From positions 64,001-109,994 of IMG/VR virus record IMGVR_UViG_3300035698_022074: a DNA stretch of 45,994 nucleotides; one strand, 5' to 3'. The DNA is from a virus. The position numbers and the translations under genes are program-made. The notes below the pieces were generated by a model. The model saw only the letters and a list, made by a program, of their open reading frames with translations. It was not told the DNA's origin and searched no databases. Shown one piece after another: positions 11,038-20,530 of this stretch (position 1 is the first letter of the stretch; every line of letters starts with the position of its first letter).

Positions 11038-12273
11038 ATGGCAACATTTAAAGAGCTTACAGCTCAAGATATTAAAACAAGTAGAACATTCCTTACACAG
11101 CTAATTGATGTGTTAAGAGAAGATATATCTGGATCGACTTCTAGAAAATCTTACCCAGTATTTGTCACAGGCGGAGTTGGACCAGGTGTAACGTCATCAA
11201 TCTTCCAGACTGTGTACGACCAAAACTTTAACCTACAGACTGCAAACCCAATATTTGACATGACACTTGGTCTTTATGTGTCAGGCAACACTGTCCAGAA
11301 TGCAAAGACAGGAGAGGACACATCAGGAAAGATTCTGTTTCCATCGTCAAGTTTGATGATGAGAGAAAAGATAGACGTCTATCGACAGTTTGCGCAGAAC
11401 CTTCTTGGAAATGCGTCTTCATACTTTACTGCGCCCTTTAATTCAACAGGTAGCGTAGATCAGATAGACGAAGCATTATTCTTCTCTTTCAAGCGACTTT
11501 TTGCAAGAGACTCTATAAGAAGAGAAACTTTCGCAATGAAGATGTTTACAACTGGCGCAGGAACTCTAGTTGACACAGGATCAATTGAAGACTTTCCTAA
11601 CCTGCAAGAAGTCACACCATCAGGTTCAACTATTTTCACAGACATTGGTTCTGCAGGAAACCAGCTAATTTCGTTTGGTGGAAATGTAGGTAATCTTGTA
11701 GATTCTTCACAAACAACACGAAACGTCGGTCTCGTCTTCTATGATCAGGGAATTGTAGTTTTAGACGCAAAGAAAGCATTTGACGCTAATCAGCACATGT
11801 CAGGTGCAATTGATGCACTTCTAGCTACTAGCCCAGACGGTGTTTTACCAGCAGGAAAGGAAGTCCTCGGTGGCGTAAACAGTGGAAATAGAAACGCTAA
11901 GTTTATACCGGATCTTATGGTATCAGCATCTATGGATAACATTCTAGACCACATTGCGTCTGTAAGATTCAATTCTGGTTCTTTTACGTCGATATCCTTC
12001 CAGAACACAACTAACATTAACAGCACGCTGATATTCTGCAAAGCTACAGCTGATGAATTTAATTACTCTTCAAATCCGACGTACACAGACTCTTCTAATA
12101 GACTCGTAGTAATTGATGAAGGTCAAGAAGGCACACAACAATCGTTCTCCTTCATCACAGGTATTGGAATGTACGATGCAAATGATAATTTGCTTGCTGT
12201 TGCTAAAGTTAGTAGGCCAGTTGAAAACAACCCAGAGAAAGACTTGACGTTCCGAATCAGACTTGACTTCTAA
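11038..12273 (+). CDS. Structural protein (411 aa) with a conserved C-terminal module shared with the 12311..14632 product
   Basis: Its C-terminus ITGIGMYDANDNLLAVAKVSRPVENNPEKDLTFRIRLDF aligns with ITNIAIHDENLNVVARTNLAQPIVKRSADKVMFKIKMDW. Confidence 0.65.
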   Translation: MATFKELTAQDIKTSRTFLTQLIDVLREDISGSTSRKSYPVFVTGGVGPGVTSSIFQTVYDQNFNLQTANPIFDMTLGLYVSGNTVQNAKTGEDTSGKILFPSSSLMMREKIDVYRQFAQNLLGNASSYFTAPFNSTGSVDQIDEALFFSFKRLFARDSIRRETFAMKMFTTGAGTLVDTGSIEDFPNLQEVTPSGSTIFTDIGSAGNQLISFGGNVGNLVDSSQTTRNVGLVFYDQGIVVLDAKKAFDANQHMSGAIDALLATSPDGVLPAGKEVLGGVNSGNRNAKFIPDLMVSASMDNILDHIASVRFNSGSFTSISFQNTTNINSTLIFCKATADEFNYSSNPTYTDSSNRLVVIDEGQEGTQQSFSFITGIGMYDANDNLLAVAKVSRPVENNPEKDLTFRIRLDF

Positions 12274-12310
12274 TTTGCAAACAGGTCGGGTCCGCTAAAA
12301 GGAAAGTCAA

Positions 12311-14632
12311 ATGTCAATAGTAAAGCTGACAAAAGATAAGTTTGAGAATTTTAATCTTGTCACAAATCCAAAGCGAGTTTTTGCCTCATCTTCTTTAGAT
12401 GGATCAACTGGAGATGTCAATCTTTTCGCTAGAGAGAACAGGATTGTCAAAGAAACTTCTACTTACTTCTCCGGTGGGCTTTCTTCTTTTGACGAAACAG
12501 TAGGCGTCGAGATAGAGTTAATCTCTGCAAAAAATGCTAGCAGCGGAGAATTATCTGAAAAAGTCCAGGACTATCTCGACGCTGTAAGTAGTGAATCGTT
12601 ATCTACAAGGCAAAACGCGTCGCTAGCTATAAGTAGGGTTACTCCCGGCTTGACAGTTAACAAGAACCATTTAAAAAAGATGGCCATTGTCAATACTTTG
12701 ATACCGTTTTATTCAACAAGATATCAAGACATGGACTTTAGCTATACAAACTATAGTTCACTTAACTTCTTCACAGCATCAAGTGTGCCTGAAGACACCG
12801 TCTTGATATACCCAGGCGCAACTGAGGGTGACACAACCAAGCGTTACTATCACCCATCAGGAGCATTCTCACTTGATCTCCAAATTAAACCTTCTCCCAA
12901 GTTCTTTGACAAAGATCAAGCGTTCCATGCAGGTACAGTAATGCATGTTTCTTCTACATTTGCATTGTCAATAGTTTCTGGTTCAAGAAAAGATAAGAAC
13001 GGAAACCCTGAATCATTTCGTGTTATGTTGCAGTTGTCCCATAGTGCAGACATAGAGCCTTCTTCAATAGATCTGACTGTAAGTAACAATGACAGAACTT
13101 ATCCCGAAGATCTTGTCTTTTTGTCGTCAGACAATGTTCTTTCACGAGACACCTGGCACAACGTTGTTGCTCGATGGGGGACAAAAGATTATAACGAAGG
13201 GACCGGTTCATTTGTTATTGACAGTGTTATTAAAGGTGAATTTAATGTACCGTCTGCATCAATTAAAGACACATCATCATCACAGTTGTATTTGGGAAAT
13301 TATTACACGGCACCACCCAGCAGTACACCTGAACGATTCTTTAATGCGATTGTAAATAGTAGCGAAGGACTCGAACTTCTCACTGCAGGATCAGCAGATC
13401 CATCTGGATTTTCTTTTTCTCATCCTCTCAACGCAGAAATGCATGACGTCAAAGTATTTAACAGCTACAGAACAATTAGCCAGATCTTGACATCATCGAT
13501 TCAAGGTCAAGAGTCTGTAAGCGGAATGCTCTTTTACGTGCCTGTGTTCTTTACCAGAGAATCTCCGAGTAGAGACAGGTACATTACACAATTTGAAAAA
13601 AGAGAATCCGAATCGTCTGCGCCATTTAATGTCGGCCTTGCTTTTCAAGTTGGAGGACATGAGATAAATATAGACAATTTTACTAGAGACTTTGCAAGAT
13701 CTGCATATCCACGCCAATACAACTTGACAGGAACACTTCATACACAAACTTCACTGAGTACAACAGATCGACTATACTCTGATCCTGCCTTCGCTAAAAG
13801 GAATCTGACAATTCTTCCATGTGACAACGGAAGGTTCACACCAAACTTCAAGCTATTAAAGTCAGGAAGTGAAACAGCCCTTTTCGTATCAGGTTCACCA
13901 ACAGAGAGGTTCAGATCAGATCTTGGAGTGACTGACTTTAAAAAGATTAACTTGCGAAACTTTATTAGCGATGATGTGCTGCAGACTGCTGTTTCTGGTC
14001 AGTTAGAAGATAATATTTACGGAGCATCACCTGAAGATCCGACAGTTGTCGTAGGCGCTGTCCCGACCGTATTTCAAAGGACGAGAGACTCAAGTTCAAA
14101 TCAAGTAACAATATTCAATATACCGTCTTTGTTTTACGGAAAACGAATCAAACCTGGTTCTCTAATTATTAGGGATAACTCACTGTCGGGATCAAGTGAA
14201 AGCGTCCAGATAGAACTAAGAGACAATGGTGACGGCTCACTGTATCGTCACAACGCATCGGGTACAAATGCATCATGGAACAGCGTAGGGAATATCTTCT
14301 ACAATGAGGGAATTGTCTTTATTAAGTCTCCGCACCTTAGCTTTTTTGGAAAAGGCTCATTTGAAGTAGAGTTTAACGGAGAAAGATCGATCTTTGTATC
14401 AAAAGTTAATGTAACTGCACAAGCCTCAATGATAAATTCGTCGTCAAACCCATCATACAAACATCTCTCAGCATCACTTAACGCCAATGATGAAGACAGC
14501 GAATTTGTTTACATTACTAACATCGCGATCCATGATGAGAATCTAAACGTTGTCGCACGAACGAATCTCGCTCAACCTATTGTTAAGCGAAGCGCAGACA
14601 AGGTTATGTTCAAAATTAAGATGGATTGGTGA
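12311..14632 (+). CDS. Large structural protein (773 aa), probably a baseplate or fibre component
   Basis: RBS AGGAAAG is upstream. It shares a C-terminal module with the preceding gene. Its stop overlaps the ATG of the resolvase gene. Confidence 0.7.
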   Translation: MSIVKLTKDKFENFNLVTNPKRVFASSSLDGSTGDVNLFARENRIVKETSTYFSGGLSSFDETVGVEIELISAKNASSGELSEKVQDYLDAVSSESLSTRQNASLAISRVTPGLTVNKNHLKKMAIVNTLIPFYSTRYQDMDFSYTNYSSLNFFTASSVPEDTVLIYPGATEGDTTKRYYHPSGAFSLDLQIKPSPKFFDKDQAFHAGTVMHVSSTFALSIVSGSRKDKNGNPESFRVMLQLSHSADIEPSSIDLTVSNNDRTYPEDLVFLSSDNVLSRDTWHNVVARWGTKDYNEGTGSFVIDSVIKGEFNVPSASIKDTSSSQLYLGNYYTAPPSSTPERFFNAIVNSSEGLELLTAGSADPSGFSFSHPLNAEMHDVKVFNSYRTISQILTSSIQGQESVSGMLFYVPVFFTRESPSRDRYITQFEKRESESSAPFNVGLAFQVGGHEINIDNFTRDFARSAYPRQYNLTGTLHTQTSLSTTDRLYSDPAFAKRNLTILPCDNGRFTPNFKLLKSGSETALFVSGSPTERFRSDLGVTDFKKINLRNFISDDVLQTAVSGQLEDNIYGASPEDPTVVVGAVPTVFQRTRDSSSNQVTIFNIPSLFYGKRIKPGSLIIRDNSLSGSSESVQIELRDNGDGSLYRHNASGTNASWNSVGNIFYNEGIVFIKSPHLSFFGKGSFEVEFNGERSIFVSKVNVTAQASMINSSSNPSYKHLSASLNANDEDSEFVYITNIAIHDENLNVVARTNLAQPIVKRSADKVMFKIKMDW

Positions 14633-15189
14633 TGGCTAAGAAAGTATTAGGACTAGATATATCTACGACCACAATAGGGTGGTGCACAATGACCCATGAT
14701 GGCTTTTCCTTAGAAATGGGTTACATACCATTAGGGAAGCTTGAAAATCTCTACCAGAAGGCTGCAGAATTTCGGGTTGCATTAAAAGAAATCATCAGCG
14801 CTAATGACATTACTGATGTTTTTATTGAAGAAGATCTCCAGCGATTTAGAAAGGGGTTTTCATCTGCAAAAGTCATTCGAAAGCTTTCAAGGTTTAACGG
14901 CATGGCATCACTAATTGTATATGATGAGCTTGACATGGAGCCGCAACTCATAAACGTAAACACAGCAAGAAAGCTAATTGGTTGCACTTACAATAAAAAA
15001 GATAAGTCAAAGACAACTAAAGAGAAGGTTTTTGAGTGGATCATCAAAGAGCTTCCTGATGAATTTTGGCCTACGAAAGTAATTAGCCGAGGACCAAGAA
15101 AGGGGATGGTAGTAAAGATTGTCGAATGTGGAGACATGGCAGATGCTTATGTTATGGCAAAGGCAGGATTGAAAACTATTTCTTTGTGA
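14632..15189 (+). CDS. RuvC-family Holliday-junction resolvase (in the role of a phage endo VII). I place the start at ATG 14632 rather than the listed TTG 14626.
   Basis: VLGLDISTTTIGWCT matches RuvC ILGIDPGSRVTGYGV (catalytic Asp). DVFIEEDLQ matches YFAIEQVF (catalytic Glu). The C-terminal DMADAYVMA matches DAADALAIA. Confidence 0.7.
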   Translation: MAKKVLGLDISTTTIGWCTMTHDGFSLEMGYIPLGKLENLYQKAAEFRVALKEIISANDITDVFIEEDLQRFRKGFSSAKVIRKLSRFNGMASLIVYDELDMEPQLINVNTARKLIGCTYNKKDKSKTTKEKVFEWIIKELPDEFWPTKVISRGPRKGMVVKIVECGDMADAYVMAKAGLKTISL

Positions 15190-15218
15190 CCAAGATATGT
15201 AGAGACAGGAGTTTACAC

Positions 15219-15491
15219 ATGAAGATCAAGCTTTCACAGCTAAAGCGTATTATTAAAGAAGAGATTGAAAAATCAATCGAGCCACTTGACGAAGAAGCTT
15301 CTGATTGTCGAAGAGACTATGAGGCAGGCGGACTTACTCAAAAAGAATACGAAGCATGCTTAGCCCGTTATGGAAAGTCACTAGACAATATGGACGGCGA
15401 CAGCTATGGTGGATATGGTGGCAGACCGCGACGCTACAAGGGCGGCGTCGGAGGGCATCGTAGAATGAAGAGATCAAAGAAGATCTGGTAA
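15219..15491 (+). CDS. Small basic Gly/Tyr-rich hypothetical protein (90 aa)
   Basis: AGGAG lies 9 nt upstream of ATG 15219. The upstream extension of the listed ORF (from 15126) overlaps the resolvase gene and lacks an RBS. Confidence 0.5.
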   Translation: MKIKLSQLKRIIKEEIEKSIEPLDEEASDCRRDYEAGGLTQKEYEACLARYGKSLDNMDGDSYGGYGGRPRRYKGGVGGHRRMKRSKKIW

Positions 15492-15526
15492 TTTATAGAT
15501 TTGAATGTAACTCGTTATAATACATC

Positions 15527-16540
15527 ATGCATTCAAATGACAAAAAAATAGCATTCTTGCGCCGTGTGTTTAAGGGTGCTGATGTCGCACGAGACGGCGT
15601 TAACATTGCTGTTCGTTGCCCAAATAAAAAATGCAAAAGTAGAATTGACGGAAAGAAAAAACTGTCAATTCGAATCGACACAGATCAGGCTCACTGCTGG
15701 GTGTGTGAACTTAAAACACATTCAAACTTAGTTCCTGTACTAAGGCGTGTCTGCACAAATGATCAGATTCAAGATTACATTGAAAAGTACCTACCTAAGC
15801 AGGCTCGACGCAAGAATGATTCAAATCTATTCGGCGAAAAAAGAGATGAAAGCACTGACAATGAAGTTTTGCTTGACTTCCCCGAAGACTTTAGAATGCT
15901 GGCAACTTTGATAAACTCAAGAGTACCTGATATCCAAGATACACTTCGATACCTTAAACGACGAGGAGTAAGAGAGCGAGACCTCTGGTATTACAAGCTC
16001 GGTGTTTCACGTGCGAGCAAGTTTCACAGAAGAGTTATCATGCCTTCTTTTGACAAAGACGGGTTTATCAATTACTATACAGCACGTGCTATTGATAGAA
16101 AATCTTGGCCGCCCTATGTTTTGCCACCAGTAGGTAAAGTAGAGCTTGTATTCAATGAGTGTAACATAGACTGGTCAAAAGAACTAACAATTGTCGAAGG
16201 GCCATTTGATTTGGTTAAATGCAACACTAACTCAACATGCATACAAGGAAGCGGCCTAACAGAAGACTACATTTTGTTTTGGAAGCTAGTTAAAAATAAA
16301 ACTGATGTGCTCCTTGCCCTAGACGCAGATGCTAAGAAAAAAGCAAACAAATTTGCAAAACTGCTAAATAGCTACGCTATCAATGTTAGATTACTCGACC
16401 TTGGAAAATTTGGTGATGTAGGCGAGATGTCTCACAAAGAATTCTTAGAAGCAAGAAGTAATGCAAAGCAGTGGCAGAGAATGGATGCAATTCGTGAAAA
16501 GATAATGAACATGTCTCCCACTACAAGAGCAGCATTATAA
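15527..16540 (+). CDS. DNA primase, T4 gp61-like (zinc-ribbon ZBD plus TOPRIM)
   Basis: Zn ribbon: RCPNKKCKS...HCWVCEL, matching T4 RCPVCGDS...HCYNCNY. TOPRIM: IVEGPFD followed by LLALDAD (E...DxD). The C-terminal KFGDVGEM corresponds to T4 KDVNDM. Confidence 0.85.
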   Translation: MHSNDKKIAFLRRVFKGADVARDGVNIAVRCPNKKCKSRIDGKKKLSIRIDTDQAHCWVCELKTHSNLVPVLRRVCTNDQIQDYIEKYLPKQARRKNDSNLFGEKRDESTDNEVLLDFPEDFRMLATLINSRVPDIQDTLRYLKRRGVRERDLWYYKLGVSRASKFHRRVIMPSFDKDGFINYYTARAIDRKSWPPYVLPPVGKVELVFNECNIDWSKELTIVEGPFDLVKCNTNSTCIQGSGLTEDYILFWKLVKNKTDVLLALDADAKKKANKFAKLLNSYAINVRLLDLGKFGDVGEMSHKEFLEARSNAKQWQRMDAIREKIMNMSPTTRAAL

Positions 16541-16585
16541 AACTGTCTTTGACAGTATAAGATCTAAACTAAAGGCGTGACAAAC

Positions 16586-19500
16586 ATGAAGAGCGAAAAG
16601 AAAAATGTCAGGATTGCACACTTTGCAGACATACACTGGCGTGGATTGACACGACACAAAGAGTATCGTGAAGTCTTTAGTAAGATTTTTGAAATGCTTC
16701 GTGAACAAAAACCCGATATCATTTACATTGGCGGCGATATTGTTCATAGCAAAACTCAAGGAATCTCTCCAGAGCTTATTGATGCACTTGTATGGATGTT
16801 TACAGGCTTTGCAAATATTGCTCCAACAGAAGTCATTCTTGGAAATCACGATGGTATTCTACTAAACAAAGATCGCCAAGACACAATCACTCCGATTATC
16901 ACAGCACTTAGCCATCCAAATATCAAACTCTATAAAGAGTCAGGAACGTATCCAATAGGTATTCCAGGGTTCAGCTGGAACGTTTTTTCTTGCTTCGATG
17001 AAGATAATTGGAGTAAAGTCCGCCCAAAACCTGGGGACATTAACATAGCACTATTTCACGGTGGAGTGCTTGGTTCAACTACTGATATTGACTGGCATAT
17101 TGAAGGAGAAGTTGACGTAAACTTCTTTGAAAGATTCGATTTTGCTCTACTCGGTGACATCCACAAAGTCCAGTTTCTTAACCCAAAGAAGACAGTTGCT
17201 TACTGTGGAAGCACAGTTCAACAAAACTACGGAGAGGATACAAACAAAGGGTATCTGCTTTGGGATATTAGGGACAAAGATGACTTTGATGTTAACTTTC
17301 ATAAAGTCGAAGGCCCTAAGCCGTTTGTTACAGTAAACTGGGAAGGGAATGTCCAGAAAACACTTAAGGCACTCAAAGATCTTAAAGACGGCTCAAGAGT
17401 CAGGATACGCACAAAAGAATCGATCCCGTCAGTTGAGTGGAAGCAACTGTGTAATGAACTAGAAATTCTAAAAGCACCATCAGAAGTTGTATCTAAAGAT
17501 GAACGACTTGTAGATACACAACAAATTTCAACTGAGGCTGTTACTCTCTTTAAGAACGATCTCAAAGATCCCGATGTGATTGTCAACCTACTTGAAGAGT
17601 ATTTTAAAGAGTCATCGCTCTCTGAGAAAGACTGGAACGATCTTGAGGCACTAACGAGAAGTTATGTCAAGTCAATATCACGGTCAGGTTCGTTGTCAAG
17701 AAGTCATAAGTGGTCAGTTAAGAAACTTGAGTTTGATAACACTTTCTCTTATGGCAAGGGAAACGTCATTGACTTTGACTCAATGAATGGCATAACGGGA
17801 ATCTTTGGTAGAAATGCTCGAGGTAAGTCATCAATTGTAGGTGCATTAATGTACTGTCTGTTTAACACAACAGATCGTGGTCCTATTAAAATCCTACACG
17901 TAATCAATACCAGAAAAGACTATTGCCGTGCTAAGGCAACAATACAGCAAGGTGAAAACCTGCTTAGGGTTGAGAGACAGTCTGTCAAAAACAAGAACGC
18001 AAAGGGTCACGAATCGGCTTTAACTCATCTCAATATCTTTAAGATTGATAACAATGGAAATGAGCTTGCTGATTTAAGTAAAGAGCAGAGGCGTGTAACT
18101 GAAAGGGATCTGCGTGAAAAGTTCGGCACATCAGATGATTTCTTGCTAACTTCACTCGCATCACAGGGTGAGATAAACGCATTTATCAAGCAGCGTAGCA
18201 CTGCTAGAAAGCACATGCTTACAAGGTTTTTGGGCCTTGACATATTTGAAAATCTGTTTAATCTTGCAAAAGAAGAGTCAAGAGAGATACAGACTAAAGT
18301 TAAATCTGCACCAGATCGTGATTGGGATTCATTGATTCACGAAGCAAAAAATGAAATCAAGGATTTGTCGAGTAGGGTTAACAGTATCGAAGATGAACTC
18401 TCTGAAATGAGACTCGATGAACAGAAACTGCAGATTAAACTAAGCAAGTTTGAAAACGCTGATGTTGTAACGTGTGCTGATGTTGAAAGACAGCAGACAC
18501 TTACAGATTCTGCAAAGAAGAGTCTAGAAAACCTTATCACTAGACGAAATGCAATCTTTGAGAAAATTGAAAATCTAGAAGTCAAAATCAAGAAGATCCA
18601 AGAAGTCAAAGAGTCTACTTCTATTGAAGATCTCAAAGCATCACTTAAAAATCAAAGAGCACTAGGTGCGTCTCTAGTACAAATCAAGCACTCTCATGAA
18701 AAAGAACAAACCCTCCTTAGGTCACAGTTAAGATCTGTTGCAAAGCTTAAGGACGTACCCTGTGGTGACTCTTTTCCAATGTGCAAGTTCATCAAGGACT
18801 CCCACAAAGATAAGCAAAAAATAGAAGCACAAGAAGAGAAGATTAAGGCACTTCTTGAGCATATTGAAAATGCTCAAGAACAGTTTGATCAAGTCATGAG
18901 TGAAGACCTTGAAGACAAGATTGATAAGTACGAAAAGATCATGCGAATGGAGTCAACACTTAAAATTGAATTGACGCAAAATCAAAGCAATGCTAAGTCA
19001 ATCAAAAGAGACATTGAAAGCCTTGAAAGCAAAATCACACAGAGTGAGCAAGATCTAGAAGATCTTAAATCTAAAATGGTTGACAGTGACATTGATCAAG
19101 AGCTTAATAATTTAAAGGCAAGACTCTACGAAGAGAAAAGTTTAATCTCGTCAAAGGATGCAAAGAGAATATCGTGTGCAAGTTCAATTGGACGACTTGA
19201 AGTCACACTACAAAATCTTAAGAGTGAGAAATCCAAGTATCAAAAACTTAAGCAGAAGTGGAGAATCTTTGAATACTTCATTCAGGCTGTCTCTAAGCGA
19301 GGTCTCCCTCTTCAGATAATCATGTCTCAATTGCCAGTTATTAATGCTGAAGTTTCTAAAATTCTTCAAGGCGTTGTTTCGTTTACAGTTGAGCTTGAAG
19401 CAGATCCAAATTCAAACTCAATGGATGTCTATATTAACTACGGCGACAGCAAGAGGGTCATTGAAGTAGCATCTGGAATGGAAAAGATGATCTCTTCTCT

Positions 19501-19744
19501 CGCCATTCGTGTTGCGTTAATCAACATCTCTTCTCTTCCTAAAACAGACATGCTAATTATTGACGAGGGGTTTGGTTCTCTAGATGATGTAAACGTAGAG
19601 GCATGCAATAGGCTTCTAGTCTCTCTCAAAAAGTGGTTCAAGAACATCATTATCATTACTCATGTTGACGGAGTCAAGGATGTTGTAGACAATGTTATTG
19701 ACATCACATGGGAAGGAAAGGATGCCAAGGTTGTTTACGAATAA
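16586..19744 (+). CDS. Fused Mre11/SbcD-like nuclease (N-terminal) and Rad50/SbcC-like ATPase (C-terminal) in a single polypeptide
   Basis: Phosphoesterase motifs HFADIHW, GGDIVH, GNHD, FHGG and GDIH are present. The Rad50 part has P-loop GRNARGKSS, a long coiled coil, a signature-like SGMEK, Walker B LIIDEGF and H-loop IITHV. Its C-terminus aligns with the T4 gp46 C-terminus. ATG 16586 has AAAGG 10 nt upstream, and the listed GTG 16577 is an alternative start. Confidence 0.85.
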   Translation: MKSEKKNVRIAHFADIHWRGLTRHKEYREVFSKIFEMLREQKPDIIYIGGDIVHSKTQGISPELIDALVWMFTGFANIAPTEVILGNHDGILLNKDRQDTITPIITALSHPNIKLYKESGTYPIGIPGFSWNVFSCFDEDNWSKVRPKPGDINIALFHGGVLGSTTDIDWHIEGEVDVNFFERFDFALLGDIHKVQFLNPKKTVAYCGSTVQQNYGEDTNKGYLLWDIRDKDDFDVNFHKVEGPKPFVTVNWEGNVQKTLKALKDLKDGSRVRIRTKESIPSVEWKQLCNELEILKAPSEVVSKDERLVDTQQISTEAVTLFKNDLKDPDVIVNLLEEYFKESSLSEKDWNDLEALTRSYVKSISRSGSLSRSHKWSVKKLEFDNTFSYGKGNVIDFDSMNGITGIFGRNARGKSSIVGALMYCLFNTTDRGPIKILHVINTRKDYCRAKATIQQGENLLRVERQSVKNKNAKGHESALTHLNIFKIDNNGNELADLSKEQRRVTERDLREKFGTSDDFLLTSLASQGEINAFIKQRSTARKHMLTRFLGLDIFENLFNLAKEESREIQTKVKSAPDRDWDSLIHEAKNEIKDLSSRVNSIEDELSEMRLDEQKLQIKLSKFENADVVTCADVERQQTLTDSAKKSLENLITRRNAIFEKIENLEVKIKKIQEVKESTSIEDLKASLKNQRALGASLVQIKHSHEKEQTLLRSQLRSVAKLKDVPCGDSFPMCKFIKDSHKDKQKIEAQEEKIKALLEHIENAQEQFDQVMSEDLEDKIDKYEKIMRMESTLKIELTQNQSNAKSIKRDIESLESKITQSEQDLEDLKSKMVDSDIDQELNNLKARLYEEKSLISSKDAKRISCASSIGRLEVTLQNLKSEKSKYQKLKQKWRIFEYFIQAVSKRGLPLQIIMSQLPVINAEVSKILQGVVSFTVELEADPNSNSMDVYINYGDSKRVIEVASGMEKMISSLAIRVALINISSLPKTDMLIIDEGFGSLDDVNVEACNRLLVSLKKWFKNIIIITHVDGVKDVVDNVIDITWEGKDAKVVYE

Positions 19745-19782
19745 CATGTAAGACTTAAAATGTAGTAACAGGATGTTGCTGC

Positions 19783-20091
19783 ATGTTAGAACAAGAGTGG
19801 AAAAACATTGGTCGGGGCAGACTCCTCATGAGTCACCCCGATCTTTTTTTTGTAATTAAACCAGATACAGAGTCTGACGCTGTCCCGTTTTCTTGCAGTG
19901 TTTGTGAGTTTCCCATGAGAACTGCGGATGATAATCATTCGTTTAAGACTTATGGGTGTTGTCATTTGTGCACACTTAGATGGGCTGAAAGTAGAAAAGC
20001 TGATTGGATTGCGGGATGGCGACCATCTGAAGAGCAAGTAACTGACGAGATTGCTACACGTCTTTGTAGAGTGCCCAAGCTTTCAATATAG
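19783..20091 (+). CDS. Small Cys-rich, probably zinc-binding, hypothetical protein
   Basis: The motif CSVCEF...GCCHLC is present. AGGA lies upstream of the start and the ORF fills an intergenic gap. Confidence 0.4.
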   Translation: MLEQEWKNIGRGRLLMSHPDLFFVIKPDTESDAVPFSCSVCEFPMRTADDNHSFKTYGCCHLCTLRWAESRKADWIAGWRPSEEQVTDEIATRLCRVPKLSI

Positions 20092-20107
20092 AAGTCTTGT
20101 ACGCTGA

Positions 20108-20530
20108 GTGATAGTTAATGGTGTAACTCTATTTCGGGAGAGTATTGTGTTATCAACAAAAGAAGTAAATTGCTTGGGCCAAGTCCTTGATACAACTTGG
20201 GGAAGATCTTCAACGATGGGATCTCCAACGATGTCAATGAAGGGTAAGCTTCAAGGAGATGTGTTAACTGTGATATTTACAACTATTGCAACATTTGCCT
20301 CCAACGTTGCAATGAGCCAACAGATTCCAAGACTCGTAGACGAAGGACAGAAGGCATCTAACAAGTATTTGACGTTTATCAAGGACGAATACAAGGATGG
20401 ATGCGGAAAAACGCTCAGAACAACAAAGGTGAGTCACGATCATTCTGTAGAAGTAATAAGCCTACAAGGACACGTATCTCCAAAAAGAACTGTACTCTTT
20501 AGATTCACATCAATGCACGAAGTGAAATAA
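20108..20530 (+). CDS. Hypothetical protein in the position of the terminase small subunit (GTG start, start uncertain)
   Basis: The ORF exactly fills the gap and its stop overlaps the TerL ATG (TAATG), but its composition is atypical for a TerS. Confidence 0.35.
   Translation: MIVNGVTLFRESIVLSTKEVNCLGQVLDTTWGRSSTMGSPTMSMKGKLQGDVLTVIFTTIATFASNVAMSQQIPRLVDEGQKASNKYLTFIKDEYKDGCGKTLRTTKVSHDHSVEVISLQGHVSPKRTVLFRFTSMHEVK

Noticed and set aside
15126-15491. Listed 121-aa ORF start overlapping the resolvase gene
   Set aside because: The upstream part overlaps the resolvase 3' end in another frame. An internal ATG at 15219 with AGGAG 9 nt upstream is the more plausible start.
15511-15521. TTGAAT ... 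TATAAT sigma70-like hexamers just upstream of the primase ATG
   Set aside because: The hexamer spacing is only about 9 nt and the TATAAT ends 5 nt before the start codon. This is incompatible with a functional -35/-10 promoter for this gene.
16542-16556. Short hairpin ACTGTC ttt GACAGT after the primase gene
   Set aside because: It has only a 6-bp stem and no downstream U-tract, so it is too weak to call a terminator.
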